Assembly (NCBI GenBank): GCA_030390025.1
Contig: CM059433.1
Coordinates: 19,470,001 to 19,534,000, forward strand
Reading direction: 5' to 3'
DNA: 64,000 nt
From: Squalus acanthias
Lineage: Eukaryota
The notes beneath the pieces are model-generated. The model searched no databases. It saw only the letters and a program-made list of their open reading frames with translations, and was not told the DNA's origin. Made by a program: the position numbers and the translations under genes. This document shows, piece by piece, positions 1 through 14,073 of this stretch (the first letter of the stretch is position 1; the number at the start of each line of letters is the position of its first letter).

Positions 1-698
1 CAATCTACATTGGTACAAATCCAGCAAACCACCTTCATGCTGCCCTTGGATGCTGCAATTCAGAAATCTCTCAACTCATCCGAAGGCCTTTCCTGCGAGC
101 TTCTGGCGTCTGCATCGAGAAGCTGAGGTGGCTTCTGAGCAGAGTAGCAACCTGTAGAGGTTCCTTTGACTGCTGGGTCCTCACAAAGCTCAGCAGTCAG
201 TACCTTGTAGCGGAACAAAGTTAAATCATTTTACTACATAAATCGTGCTAAAAATATCATATATATCGATACAGTGTAATATTATTTTTCCTTCAGTTTT
301 ATAATGTGGTTCTATGGTTACAGCTGTGGACATTGCACACATATACATTTTTAAAATGATCTCTTTCTTTATATTTGCTACCTCAAGTGCGCCAGCAAAA
401 ATAATAGTATTGCTATATATATTCGTTTTACAACTGAAGATGTAGTTTATTTTTCTCTTCCATAGGAACCTTTCAATCTCCGTTCATGTACGCACCCACC
501 CTTCCAGGCTTTGTCTGCTCACCATGTCACTGTAGCTGCCTCTGGAATGTTCAGTCAGACGTGGAACTCTTTTACCCCATAGGTCCAGCCGTTCGCAATG
601 TATTTGTGTAGAAGGTAGCTTCAGTCTGCCAGTGCAGTAGGGATATTATTTCCACCATGTACATAGTGTGTGCAGTAAGCATATTCCACTAATTTAAT

Positions 699-1428
699 GG
701 GGCAGAATTTGTGGTCGGTCTGACGGCGCACTCTCAGAGTACGCCGTCACACCGTCTTTGAAATGGACAGCAAGTTTGAGATTTCCGTCTGCGCTTACGC
801 ATGATTTAAATCCCGAACTTGCGATCTGTCAAGTTCCAACTTGACAGATTGTCCGCTCCGACACTGAATTCCTAATTGCTGGCCCAGAGTCGGGCTAATT
901 GCCCACCAACTGCCCAGCAATTACCCATGAAAATTTTACGGCTTGTGCAAACAGGCACAGCAGCCTATTTGCACAGCGTAAGGGGATACCCGTCAATAAA
1001 GAATGTAAATCCAGACTGGGTAGAGTGAGAGACTGTTCGGGGAATTGACAGTTTTGAAATTAAAAAAAAATAAAAAATACACTTCCCTTACTCCCGTCAC
1101 TGTATCTTCAGGTGACTTTTCATGGTACAAAATGCATAAAAACTTTTATCAACATTACCTGCTGTACTCTCCCTAGAAAATACCACAGTATCTAGTGGGG
1201 GAGAATGAGAGACCTTCTGTTTCCTGATTGGAGCACCGGCCCACGTGGTCCCAGGTACGCTTACGCACACGGTGCGCCCCTGGCATCCGTGGGCCACTAC
1301 GCTGCGCACAACTCTGCAGCGTCTGACAGCAACTTTTTGTTTGGGGCCTCACAACAGGTAAGTGCACATTCGATTCGGATGCCGGAGGCATAATCCTTAA
1401 TTATGCCGCCGACCGCAAAATCCGGGCC
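699..1428. mobile_element. Non-autonomous PIF/Harbinger-type MITE
   Basis: Imperfect TIRs GGGGCAGAATTTGTGGTCGG / revcomp GGCCCGGATTTTGCGGTCGG; exact 3-bp TSD AAT at 696-698 and 1429-1431; CpG-rich interior with no credible ORF. Confidence 0.75.
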
Positions 1429-1456
1429 AATGTGATGCAAGCATGGGTCTTTGCAC

Positions 1457-2626
1457 ATAGCCACATAAAAGGTTACTGCACAAGATAAGAGCTCACAGAA
1501 TTGGGGTAATGTATTAGCATGGATAGAGAATTGGTTAACTAACAGAAAGCAGAGAGTCGGGATAAATGGGTCATTTTCTGGTTGGCAAACGGTAACTAGT
1601 GGGGTGCCACAGGGATCGGTGCTGGGGCCTCAACTATTTACAATCTACATTAATAACTTGGATGAAGTGACCGAGTGTAATGTAGCCAAGTTTGCGGATG
1701 ATACAAAGATGGGTGGGAAAGCAAGTTGTGCAGAGGACTCAAAGAATCTGCAAAGGGATATAGACAGGCTAAGTGAGTGGGCAAACATTTGGCAGATGGA
1801 GTATAATGTGGGAAAGTGCAAGGTTATACACTTTGGCAGGAAAAATAAAAAAGCAAATTATTATTTAAATGGAGAGAGATTACAAAATGCTACAGTTCGG
1901 AGGGACCTGGGGGTCCTTGTGCATGAAACACAAAAAGTTAGCATGCAGGTACAGCAAGTAATCAAAAAGGCAAATGGAATGTTGGCCTTTATTTCAAGGG
2001 GTTTGGAGTGTAAAAACAGGGAAGTCCTGCTACAACTGTACAGGGTATTGGTGAGACCACACCTTGAGTACTGCGTACAGTTTTAGTCTCCTTATTTAAG
2101 GAAGGATATACTTGCATTGGAGGCAGTTCAGAGACGATTCATTAGGTTAATTCCAGAGATGAGGGGGTTGACTTATGAGGAAAGGTTGAGCAGGCTGGGC
2201 CTATACTCTTTGGAATTTAGAAGAATGAGAGGTGATCTTATTGAAACATATAAGATACTGAGGGGGCTCGACAAGGTAGATGCAGAGAGGATGTTTCCCC
2301 TCGTGGGGAAATCTAGCACTCAGGGGCACAGTTTTAGAATAAAGGGTCGCCCTTTTAGAACTGATATGAGGAGGAATTTCTTCTCTGAGAGGGTCGTAAA
2401 TCTGTGGAATTCTCTGCCCCAGAGAGCTGTGGAGGCTGGGTCATTAAATACATTTAAGGTGGAGATAGACAGATTTTTGCAAGATAAGGGAGTGAAGGGT
2501 ATGGGGAGCGGGTAAGGAAGTGGCTTTGAGCCCTAGATCAGCCATGACCTTATTGAATGGCGGAGCAGGCTCGAGGGGCCAAGTGGCCTATTCCTGCTCC
2601 TATTTCTTATGTTCTTATGTTCTTAT
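1457..2626 (+). mobile_element. CR1 LINE, 5'-truncated, ORF2 reverse transcriptase C-terminal half plus 3' UTR
   Basis: PQGSVLGPQLF, KFADDTK, LVRPHLEYCVQF, RRMRGDLIE and VNLWNSLP motifs; one in-frame stop at 2084-2086; (TTCTTATG)n tail at about 2604-2626. Confidence 0.95.
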
Positions 2627-4739
2627 ATTGCAGTCTGCACCACTGTGTGTGATGCCTCCACATTACCTGAGAAAGGTATGCCTACTTATTACAATTGATG
2701 CAGTTTGAAATGTATTAAACACAAGGGGGCCGGTTTTGACTTAAGAGGACAACGGGTGTGCGACGGATGACATGATTGTGCCACCTACCTGCTGTCCACA
2801 GTGAGAGGATCAAGCTAAATTGATGGCCAGGCCTTATTTAGATAATGCTGGTGAGCTGCAAGCAGCTTGTTGGTCATGTGGGACAGGAGTTCTGGCAGTT
2901 CCTCCATGGAGCCAAGCCGGAGGTTCCATGTTAAGGAAGCGGGGAGGCAATTGTGGAAGGAGGGCCTGGATGGGTCGGCAGAGGGCCAGAAGATTCATGT
3001 TCTCCTGTCCCCATAACAATTCCACACAAATTTTTTACTTAACTGCTCTTGGAGCAGCATGCAGCGGTCCTTTTAAGGACTGCTGGTTAGTCAGCTCAAA
3101 ACTTAGTACCAATGGGTAGAGCACTGATACCTCAAAATTACATCGGGGTTCTACAACTTGCGCAGGACTATAATTTGAAAATTAAAAGTAGGCTCCCACC
3201 TGAAACAGGCAGGAACTCTGCCCACCCCCCTTCCCCTCCAATTCTACAACGGGGCAGAAATGGCACGAGTCGTATCGGGAGTGAAAGCAAGGCGATAAGT
3301 GGTGCATAGCTATTTGTGGCCCATTACTGCCCCGTTCCCACCTGGCCTGGCAGAAGGATTTACTTTATTCTGCAGACACAGATTGATGCCTGGCCTGAGC
3401 ATAATTGTAGCTGCAATAGAGTATTATTTGTAACTGATCAAAGCTTGAAGTGTTATTAAAGCTATTTAGATCCACTTCCGATAATTAGCTGCCATGTAAA
3501 TCCATGGTGGAGTTTGTGAGCTGCCATAAAAACTGCCCAAATATGACTTAGCACTTCTTCGTGGGCATAAAAATTAAGCTAATGGCGAAGCTATCTCTGA
3601 TATGCTTGTCAGTGTTTGCTGAGTAGTTAATGAGTAAGAGGAAGGGTTCTTTTTCTGGCAAAATCTGATTGCCCTTTGGCTTATCTGAAGTCATCGTTAG
3701 TGCTCATCCTTCTGTCAGTAGTGAATTTATAGGGCAATGCTAATGTCAGAGCTGAGGACTGGTCCAATTTGCTCCTCACTGGAGATTTACAGCAGTGCAG
3801 TAAGAGATTGAGAAATGCGTCACCTAATTCAAAAGAACTCCATGGTGAACATTTCTGATTACACAGTAATTTTTACCAAATCATCATCTGCATGAATTTC
3901 AACATCTACTTATCTCACACTAATATTTTCTATCTTTGGGAGATTATTTGAAATGAAGATCTAACGAGAAGCTGATTTTATGTCTGGAAGCAGAAATTAG
4001 ATATAAAAGGAGAAACACAGTTGAAGCATAATGATGGACATGAGTTTCATATGGCAGCGTTTAGCTCATTTACAAAAGGCAGAAATACTTGGGTTAGTGT
4101 TGCTTACAAGGGAATCTGACAATAATGAGAAGGGATGTGTTACCTCAGGAGAGAAGACTTAAGTTTATTCGGATGGAAACCTATAATGCCAATGGAAAAT
4201 AATAATTAACAATTTGAAACTGTAATAGACCACAAGAGATTAAAATTGCCTATAATTAGCACATTTCTGTTCTCTGATATCCTCCTTACATGCTCAAATA
4301 AATCCATAATAATTTCTTCCTTGAATACTGACAGTCTTTAAAAATTATTAATTAGTAATTTCTTCACTCAGTGGCCAAAAGGGTTATGTTACGATGTGGA
4401 TCTAGATGGTATCACAAAGTGCCTAATTGTTGTTTCTAAAAAAGAATTTCTCCTTGATCAGACCTCACCGAAGTCTAATTCTAATTTCTGACACATTTCA
4501 GGAGTTGTAAACATTAAAACCCTGCTCTGAAAACTTCTAGAAAGCCCCTCTGCATTAACACTCTTTGTTACATCCTTCACCATTCCTTTAATCCTGCATT
4601 GAAAGCCAGGTTCTATGTCAATGAAATACTGATAATGCAGATTCAGAAGCTGTTATAAATCACACTGCAGACCAAAGTGCCAAATGTGATAACGGTGTTG
4701 AATTTAATGCCAAACATAATAATTGCCTCCAATTCATTT

Positions 4740-6079
4740 CACACCGATGTCAACCCTTGTTGTCTTCCAAGAAGGTTTACTAACGCTACAACTCCTATGA
4801 GGTGCTCCCCTACTGGTCTCAGCAAAGTTGGTGAAAGTCTGTTGTTGCTCCTGTTAGGACCCTTGAGATGCTCGTGGCTAGTGACTTCTGTGTGCTCGAG
4901 CCTGAGAGGGCCCGGCTGCCGACTGCTGCACCTCGGCTGCTGCTGGGATGGTCTGGCCCATCTGACTTCCTGGCACCGTGCTGGGTATTGGTTGATAGGG
5001 TGGCAAAGGCGCAGGCGTGCTGACATCCTGAGAAAGGGTAACATTGTTCCCATAGCGTCATTGCCACCACTGTGGGGCTGGGATTCATCACTTCCACTGA
5101 TTTGTGGGACAGCACACTCCAGAAGATGAGTGGCTCCTTGAAAGCCTCTACCTATTCCGTCCACCAATCTGTCCAAGGTAAACCCCTGTCTCTTCAATGT
5201 GGAGCCCAGAGCCTCCATGGCTGCCGTTTGCTTCCACTAAAGTTGCAAAGACTGGTTACACTGACTCTTTTTGTGAGGGTCAGTTGCCGTGTCCCAGCCA
5301 TGGCGCTGATGCTCATTGGCAAGCCTTCCAATACCTGCTATAACTGCTTGTGTGAGGGAAGCAGTTTCCTTTTCATTGCTGGGCTCCTGAAGTCCTCACC
5401 TCTGTCCTGCTCAGCAGAGTTAGGAGTAGACCTCGCCCTCCGGTGAGCTGTCTCCTGGGCTGTCCCTGCCACCAATATCTGCTGCTGCTGCTCACTCGTG
5501 CTGGCTGTTTCATCACGTGCTCACCTTCTGGCTCACTGTCTAACCCACAGAGAGTGCCAATCTCTGCTGTTGCTCGGGAGTGATGCAGCACATGATGGTA
5601 CATCCTCAAGGGTTTGTCGTCCTCTGAGGTGTCTTCTTCTGCAAGGTACAGGTGCGGAAAAGGAGCTAGAGAAAAGTGACAAGGGTTAGGTTGGCATTGA
5701 ACCTCTTTCTACATTGAACCAAGGTCCTGGGGTTGATGCACTAACCCTATCAGCCACCTCTGTCCAGACCTGCTGGATAATAGCCCTTGGGACTTCCTGC
5801 AGCTGCTAGGGAACAGTACCTCCTTTCTTGTCCTTACCTCCTCTGCCAGGACCTCCAGGGAGGCATCAGAAAAACTGGCAGCCTCCTGCCGCTGAAATTG
5901 CAATCCCTTCGCTGGCTAGCTACCTTTCCCCGCTTATTTTGGATGGGCAGCTGAAAGGCACAATGCAGGTGAGGCACAGAAGTTAAAATCACCCGGGCCT
6001 CACACTGCTGAGGTTGGGGGAATTTGAACCTCTTTTCGCCCCTGCCTGACTGATTCCCTCTCCTGGTTAAAATCGGGGC
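4740..6079 (-). mobile_element. Degenerate Harbinger element carrying a Myb/SANT-like gene remnant
   Basis: FSDASLEVLAEEVRTRKEVLFPSS (5903-5709) resembles exon 1 of the Myb-like genes at 17761 and 21100; TIR-like end AAAATCGGGGC near 6068-6079; left boundary uncertain. Confidence 0.6.
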
Positions 6080-8158
6080 TTATATATACACGGGTGCACT
6101 GATGTTTGCATGGCTTTCATTTTCTACTTTTGACTTTGCCCAAATGCTAAACCTATGCTAAACTATCCGGAACGTTACAGTCTAGCTAAACTTATTAAAA
6201 GTGCTATCTGGAGGACAGTAACATTCTTGGGTTGTTCCTTTCCTTTAGGGAGAGATAGTCCAGACCTTTAGACCCGATTAAGCGTCCTCAAACTTGAGTT
6301 GAAAGTGAACGTCTTGCGAAATACGCCTGATCCAGGGTAGCCCTAAAGGGGCTAGGACTAGTAATTATCCCTTCAACGTGACTCCAATTTTGCAGTAGAT
6401 AAAGTATAGGGAATTATCCTTATGGATAGGATGGATTTGCTTGATGCACAACTCCACACACCAGGATTAAAGCTTCAGAACTGGTTAATAAATCAAATCC
6501 AAGAAGAAACACAAGCACATTAGTTGGAGATAAATTCATCTAGCAGGTAAGACAAAATAGCAGGTCCCAGGGCTGAACTGATACCAGTTTAAGTGGGCTC
6601 CGTGCTATCATGCACAATCAAGATAAGACTACCATGCTCCACTTTGAGCGAGTAGATTATTGGACGCTCTTTCACTAAGGTCTCAGCATTAAGAGGAAGT
6701 AAGGCAGCTCTGATGGCATGGATTATAAAAGGATCCTCAAAACTCTTTATCATAAGACTGCAGGTGTTATCAATAAGTGCTTGGTTGATTACTCTGCTCA
6801 ACCATTGTTTGTCTGCCTCTTTAAAATATAGTAACATGCAAGTAGTCATGATTCATTTATTTTCTGAAAGAGCGATCAGGCTAAGATGACGTCCAATGTT
6901 AGCTTTCTCCACGTCATTGCTTTGAAAAATTCTCAGAACAGGGTAGCCGTTGCATGCAAGCCATCCTTTTGGGAAGTTTTTTTTTCTGATGCTGACACTA
7001 GAAATCAGTCTCTTTGCTCTAACCTGCTCTGCCTTTAGGGCCCTTATATCTCAGTCACCAGAACTGTATGCACTGCTCCAGATCCATTGTACAGCTTCAG
7101 CATAACCTCTTAACTAATTTAACCTCTTACCTAATCTTAAACCTCTTAACTTAACCAATTTGGCAACACAAGCCAATATTCTCTTTGCTTGGTTTCTTGG
7201 CCTAGAAATTCGATTTGGCCGAAAACCGGCCGGTGCCACCATGGGCTGAAGTTACAGCCACCCGCAAAAAGAGCCCAGGCAGCTCGGTGTTTCGGTGCTG
7301 CCTGCTGATTTAAATTAACGCAGTGCAAAACCTGCAGTACAACGCGCTGTTTCGGACAGTAGTCTCAGCAGGGGGCTCGATGTAGCGTGGCCGTAGCGTC
7401 CCTGGAGCGAGGCAGCGTTCTCTTAAAGTGAGGCTGTCAATTTAGAAAGCAGTGTCGATCTCTTAAAGGGGAACTGCCTTCTAAAATGAAAAAAATAAAA
7501 ATCATTTAAAAATAGGCAGTCTTTAGCTCTTAGAGCTCAACTGTCTTCTGAAGAAAAAAAAATTCCAAAATGGCAGTCTCCAGCTCTTAAAGCTGAACTG
7601 TCTTCCGCACGTAAAAGAATGGTAAAAGTGCTTCAGCACTAACACAAATAGCTCAACAAGGCAGGGAAGTGACACCCAGGGTCTCGCATGCAGCACTCCA
7701 GCTTTGTGCAGGGGGTCAACACTGCAAGAGAGGTCCTCTACCCACAGAGGACAGGAGGCCCTCCAGAAAGAACGATGTGGGACCAGATCACCGAGCCCAT
7801 CACTGCCAGTAGTGTCACCTCCACAACTTGGCTCCAGTGCCCAAAGAAGCATCATGACCTCAGACGAGTGGTCAAGGTCAGTGACTGCATCTTCAAAAGC
7901 CGTCTCCTACCAACTGCACCACTAGCCTTACACACTGCTCATTGCACGAGCCCCCCCGCCATCATTTACCGACCAACAATCTGTACCAAACATGAGACAT
8001 ACCTCCCATTCCGAGCTTCACCTCACCCCCTTGGAGGAGACGGTGCTGGCCATTCTTGGCAGGGGCATGGCTGAGCGCTTGGCCAGCGGTGGGCTGAAAG
8101 GATACAAGATGTCGGTATCCTCATATGTTATCCTCGTTTTCACATCCCACTTCTCCCT

Positions 8159-8278
8159 TGTGATATCTTGAGACACAGCATATATATACAACAGCACAAC
8201 ATGGCTTCCAGTAAGAACTGTACTGCAGATGGCTTTATTATCATATACATCAGTAGTCCACAAGATGGCTCCATTACA
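8159..8278 (-). repeat. Gypsy 3' LTR (120 bp)
   Basis: TGTGATATC...CCATTACA; direct repeat of 13650-13769 with 8 differences by manual comparison; adjacent polypurine tract AAGGAGGGAGAAG on the minus strand at 8279-8291. Confidence 0.95.
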
Positions 8279-8449
8279 CTTCTCCCTCCTTATTGAAGAA
8301 GTTAATCATAGCAAATAATCATTGTACATGACTTGCATGGTATACACAACTCTTGGTATACATTTCTCAAATGGAACCCATTTTATGTTTCCAAATTCTA
8401 CTATAGAATTCTGTAACACAAACAAAAGATATGAACTTATTTTCCATAT

Positions 8450-11400
8450 TTACAGATTAAACTTAACCACTGGTTTTCTGTTTCGAAGAGGATACCTTCT
8501 TTCTTGAACAGAACTTTCAGATCTTGTTGTAGGACTTTGACTCATTCTAGGCTGAGCCTGCGGAGAACTTTTCTCCAAGGGCTGACCTTGATCTACACTT
8601 GGACTCTTTACACTTTCAGACTGTTTGTCTGCCTGACTCGGGCTCAAACTTAAATTCTGACTTTGTCTTAGACTTGTTTCTAGTATGTCTGATGTAGGGT
8701 TTGCTACTGGTACTCTACTTGTAACAAGACTATCTGACTCATCAGAATAAATTGAATCATCCCAGCTTCCACATCTGTAGGTTTAATATGATCAATGTGA
8801 ACAAACCTAACCTTTCCATGATCAAACATCTTGACCAATTATGTGCGAGGGCCACATATCTTCACTACTCTTCCTGGTAACCACTTTAACCATTTATGGT
8901 GATGATTCTTCACTCTGACCTTCTAGTTCCACTTCATACTTCTCTCTCTAACTCTACCTTTATCATGACTCTCTTTCTGCATTGATTGTTTCTCTTCTAC
9001 AGACTGTGCCAAGTTTGGCTTTACAACGAGAACCTGGTTCGTGACTGTCATTTGAGAAACAACTCTGCTGGTTTTCTACCAGTAGTGGTATGAGGAGTAT
9101 TCTGATTTAGGTAATCTTAAAATTTGCTAGTTTGTGGTCCAACGACAACTGATGTTTCTTTGGATTTGGATCCAACATTTACTTGATCAGGGCACGTTTG
9201 ACAATTTGTACTGTGCGCTCTGCTGCACCATTTGAAGCAGGGTGGTACAGTGGAACTTTGGTATGTTTCACACCATTTCTGCTCATGAACTGTGTAAACT
9301 CTTCTGAACAAAATTGCGGCCCATTATCAGACACAATTTCTTCTGGGAGGCAGTATGAAGAAAACAATCTTTGCAAATTGTCCAGTATTTTGCTTGTTGT
9401 TATTATCCGCATCGGAAACACCTCTACCCACTTCGAGTGACTATCAATCACTATGAACAATTGCTGTCCTTCTAGCTCAGAAAAATCTACATTTCACCTT
9501 TGCCACACTCTGGGAAACCATTTCCATGGCTGTAATGGTACTGATGGTGGTTTCTTGCTTACTGATTGACATGTTGTACACCGACTGACTATGTACTCTA
9601 TCTCTTTATCTAAACCTGGCCACCATAAGTAACTTCGTGCAAAGCTCTTGGTCAAGCACATTCCCAGGTGCTGGTCATGAAGATCTCCTAACAATTTAGA
9701 CCTGAACCTATTTGGGATAACCACTCTTGCTCCCCACATGATACAATCTTTATCCACTGGCAATTCATTCTTACGAACGAAGTATGGATGGATATCTTCC
9801 TCTGTTACCTAGTTTGGCCATCCATTTGCTATGTAATCGTACACCTTTGACATAATTGGGTCACGTTTGGTTGCCCTACCAATCTCTTCAGCTGTGACTG
9901 GCAGTTCATCAATGTATGAGAAATAGAACACTTCTTCCTTATTGGGTGTAACTTGTGATGGGGATGGCAACCTGGACATAGCATCAGCATTACTGTGATC
10001 AGCTGATCGTCTGTATTCAATGTCATACGTATACGCTGACAAAATCAAAGCCCATCTCTGCATTCGTGCTGCAGCTAAGGTTGGAACTGGGGACTTTGGA
10101 TGGAGGATTGCTGTCAGGGGCTTATGGTAAGTAACTATGGTAAACTTACGACCAAACAAATATTTGTGAAACTTCTTGACCCCAAAAATCAATGACAAAG
10201 CTTTCCTTTCGATCTGTGCATAATTCCACTCACTGGCACTGAGAGTGCGTGAAGCAAAAGCAATTGGTCTGTCCTCCCCACTATCTAGTACATGAGAGAT
10301 CACTGCCCCAACTCCGTACGGAGAGGTGCCACACACCAGCTTGATCTCCTTAGATACATCATAGTGAACTAACATGGTACGCTCTACTAACTGGCTTTTA
10401 CACTCTTTGAATGCAGTGTCGCATTCTTTTGACCACTTCCAAGGGACCTGTTTTCTCAACAGCTCAGTCAGTGGATGTAACAATGTAGCCAAGTTTGGGA
10501 GGAACGTTCCCTAATAATTCAAAAGACCCAGAAATGATTGAAGTTCAGAGACATTCTTGGGAGTGGGTGCATTTCTGATTGCATCCAGCTTTCCCTTGGT
10601 TGGATGTAAACCATCTTTGTCTACTCTGTGCCCTAAGTACTCCACTGAGTTTTGAAACAACTCACACTTGTGAGCTATCACTCGTACTCCGTGCTTCTCT
10701 AGCCGTTTGAGCACTTCATTCAACACCTCATTATGGATTTGCCTGTTTGGTGCTGAAATGAGTATGTCATCCAAATCACACACTACCCCTTCAATCCCTT
10801 GCAAAATTTGATTCATCACCCCCTGGAATATGTCGGGGGCAGAAGACACGCCAAATGGTAGCCTATTGATTAGTATCAGTGAGTATTTATAGTCAAGCAT
10901 GACTTGGACTCTTCATCTAACTCAAGTTGCAGGGAGGCATTTGTTAGATCTAACTTTGACAAGATCTGGCCACCTGCCAGTGTTGTGAACAAATCTTCCA
11001 CATTTGGCAACGTATTGGGTAGATTACACTCTAGAACCTGGTTTACGGTTACCTTATAATCACCACACAACCTTACCTTACCATCTGACATAGGTACAAC
11101 AACAATGGGTGTGGCCCAATTACTCAGATCTACCTTAGAGATAATGGGGGAGAAATTCAGTATCGCCCCATTTGGGGCGCAATTATCGGCCGGGCGCAAA
11201 GATTAGCGCCTGGCGCGAATTATCGCCACCGACTGCAAACTTGACTTTTATCGCCCCTGGAGGTGATTGCAGCGTTATATCAGGCGCTTCACACCTGTCT
11301 TAAGGCGCAAAGGCCGAGGAGCGAGGCGCTACCTCAGAGCGCTGGCGAAGCTCATGTAATGTCAGTCAGCAATGGAACACACACACAATGGCACGGGCCA

Positions 11401-13476
11401 GTTCTTAAAGGGGATGGTTAATCTTGCTTTCCATCCACATCCTGCTCATTGCAGCCTTGAATCTCGGCCTGGAGAGACCTGCAGATCAAATGTGCTGGAA
11501 AGAACAATGGAGAGTACCAGGCCAAGAGCTCAGAGTGCAGCCCCCACAGTCTCTGCTAAATCGATACAAGGAATGGCAAATCAAAATGAACCTGCAAAGT
11601 GCTGCTCAGTACCCAAAACTCCTTCACACAACGTTGAATCTCTCCAGAAGTCTCTCCCTCTCTCTCTCAGAATGCGTAGTTCAAAAATGGCACCAACAAT
11701 AAAAGGCAGGAAGCGGTCACCTTTAAATAGCGCTCCCCCTTTCCCTTCATGACTGCAGAACGCTCCCCTCAACCTGTCGTTGCTAGCGTCAGGCGGTAAG
11801 GCAGGGGGCGCCACTCAATATCCGCTCCGGGGCGATACTGGGGCGTTGCGCACTCGAGTGACGTCATGATCTGCCGGCGCAGGAGATCGTGGCGGTAGTG
11901 TTTAGCGCCGCCGCAAAATGTCTAGTTAATTTCATGAGCAGCGCAAACATCGCCATGCATGGGCGCTAGTTGCTTTGCGCCCCATTAGCGCCCTCTTAAG
12001 GCGCTAACGGGAGGCGCAACCAACTGAATTTTCCCCCCAATGTTCTCAGTTTCTAATCTTTTGAGTTCTTGCTCAACTTTGTCCTTGAGTGCGTATGGTA
12101 CGGGACGTGGCTTGCAGTAAACTGGTCTTGTGTCCTTCTGCACTCTGACACTCGCCTTGAAGTCTTGGATCGGACTGCCCATTTCGCTGAACACCTTTGG
12201 ATACTGCTTGATGACATCATCTTTCAATGCAAATTTCGCTTCCACACGAAAAATCTCATTCCAATCCAGCTTCTGTGATCCCAACCAATTTCTACCCATC
12301 AAGGCAGGCTTATCTCCTGCCACTACTATGAGAGGCAAGCTCTGACACTGATTCTTGTACTTCACTGGTATGGTGACACTTCCAACTACAGGGATTTGCT
12401 CTCCTGAGTAGCCTCGCAGCTCTACCTTCGATTTCTCTCGTCGATAATCACGCAACTTGTCACGTTATAGTGATTCCAGTACTATGCTCACGGATGCACC
12501 AGTGTCGATTTCCATGGGTATCTTGGTTCCTGGGACATTTACTTGGATGACGATACCTCGCGAATCGCTGTTAGATACCTTTGTGCTCCTGACGACGTGA
12601 ATCTCCAGAAACTCCTTGTCCTGCTGCTTCTCTTCAACGGTGTGTAGTGTCTGGCGATTTCTACTTCTATCATTGCCAGTCGGTTTACTCTTCTGTCGAC
12701 ACGCCTTCGCAAGATGCCCAGTTTTCTTGCAGTAGAAACACTCTGCCTTCACAAATAGATAGCTTTGAGCGATGTGTTGTCCCAGGCACCGATAGCACGA
12801 CTTCAATGCACTGTTAACTTGGCCAGTTGCTGAGGCCTTGGGGCCTAACTGCCTTTTACTTTTAGCCTGCAGCCGATTCACCTCGGTTGTCTGACGACTG
12901 GAAATGGCGCGGAACTCTCGGGAGTATCGGTCGGCCATATCCATCGACACAGCTGTCTGATGAGCTAAGTCAAAAGTCAAGTTAGGGGTTGTCAACAATT
13001 TACTTCTGATACATTCATTTTTCAACCCACAAACAAAGCAGTCACGCAAAGCTCGGTCCTGAAAGTTTCCGAAATGACAGTGAATGGATAGCTTTTTTAA
13101 AGCTACAATGTACTCACTGATACCCTCATCATTTAATTGCTCGCGTGTTCCAAAACGATAACTTTCAGCAATTTCCAGGGGCTCAGGACTGTAGTGCTGT
13201 TCTAACTTGGTTAGGAACTCTTTCAGTGGTGTGTCCTTCGGCTTGGCGGGAACAAGCACATTTTTCAGGATTTCATACACCTCGGGTCCTGCTTCAGTCA
13301 AAAAAAATAGCCTGTTTCATTTCTAAAACCGCCCGGTTACGGTTTACATCATCGGGGACTTCGACAATACTATTTGCGGTGAAAAACATTTCTAGCCACT
13401 CCAGATATGCTCCGAAAGTCTCTCGGTCGCGATGGAACTCACCCAAGCGCCCTATTATTCCCATAGGCACGGCCAT
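8450..13476 (-). pseudogene. Gypsy gag-pol, disrupted by stops, frameshifts and a MITE
   Basis: Gag with two zinc knuckles (degenerate CYRCLGQHIAQSY and CFYCKKTGHLAKAC); protease IDTGAS; RT RLCGDYK, RLPFGVSSAP and DLDDIL (YLDD mutated); RNase H; integrase HDQH...CTTC, IDSHSKW, SDNGPQF and NGAAER. Confidence 0.95.
11146..12038. mobile_element. Harbinger-type MITE (893 bp) inserted in Gypsy pol
   Basis: TIRs GGGGGAGAAATTCAGT / revcomp GGGGGGAAAATTCAGT; exact TSD AAT; removing it with one AAT restores the frame RLETENI-ISKVDLSNWATPIVVV. Confidence 0.92.
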
Positions 13477-13625
13477 CTGGACTCTGGCAATGTCGACAGT
13501 TCAGCCACGTGTGCTCAAAATTTACCTCGGATTTTTAAGTTTTTCTGTAAAATGAAGAACCTCTAACAGTCCCTCCGTCGGCTGGCAGGATTATCCTCCA
13601 ACAAAAAGTTCAGTTAGGGAATCCA

Positions 13626-13645
13626 CAATCGCATCCTCATTGCCA
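13626..13645 (-). promoter_or_regulatory. Primer-binding site, tRNA-Ser-like
   Basis: Minus-strand TGGCAATGAGGATGCGATT starts 4 nt after the 5' LTR and resembles TGGCGACGAGGATGGGATT, complementary to the tRNA-Ser(GCT) 3' end; two of the differences are CpG-type. Confidence 0.7.
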
Positions 13646-13649
13646 ATTC

Positions 13650-13769
13650 TGTGATATCTTGAGACACAGCATATATATACAACAGCACAACATGGCTTCC
13701 GGTAAGAACTGTACTGCATATGGCTTTATTATTATATACATCAATAGTCCATCAGGTGGCTCTATTACA
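13650..13769 (-). repeat. Gypsy 5' LTR (120 bp)
   Basis: TGTGATATC...CTATTACA; direct repeat of 8159-8278. Confidence 0.95.
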
Positions 13770-13915
13770 CCCCTCATCCCACAATATCTTCTGATTTACA
13801 AGATGCACATGACGTAAGCTTGCAGCTCTTGCTTCCTGCCCTCCCTTCACCACAACTCTACCCTTCTTCATTTCATACACTCAAGAAATGCAGCCTGCCC
13901 AGCCAGTGGTTGACC

Positions 13916-14073
13916 AAGAAGAGGGAAAGGAGAGAAGAAGAAGAAGAAGAAGAAGAGGGAAAGAAGTGAAGAAGAAGAAGAGGGAAAGGAGAGAAGAAGA
14001 AGAGGAAGATGAAGAAGAAGAGGGAAAGGAGAGAAGAAGAATAAGAAGAATAATAATAATAAGAAGAAAAAGA
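13916..14073 (+). repeat. (GAA)n / GAGGGAAAGGAGA compound microsatellite
   Basis: Purine-rich tandem tract; explains the spurious low-complexity ORFs here. Confidence 0.9.

Larger units (their letters stand above)
8159..13769 (-). mobile_element. Full-length decayed Ty3/Gypsy LTR retrotransposon (Mag-like)
   Basis: Two 120-bp TG...CA LTRs, PBS, PPT and gag-PR-RT-RH-IN order; probable 5-bp TSD TCCCT (8154-8158) / CCCCT (13770-13774) with one mismatch. Confidence 0.95.

Noticed and set aside
60..203. Possible terminal exon on the minus strand (VLTAELCEDPAVKG...DELRDF*)
   Set aside because: Weak acceptor, no recognisable homology, and no linked upstream exon.
6150..6600. Possible additional LTR-like segment
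   Set aside because: No defined termini, TSD or second copy in the window.
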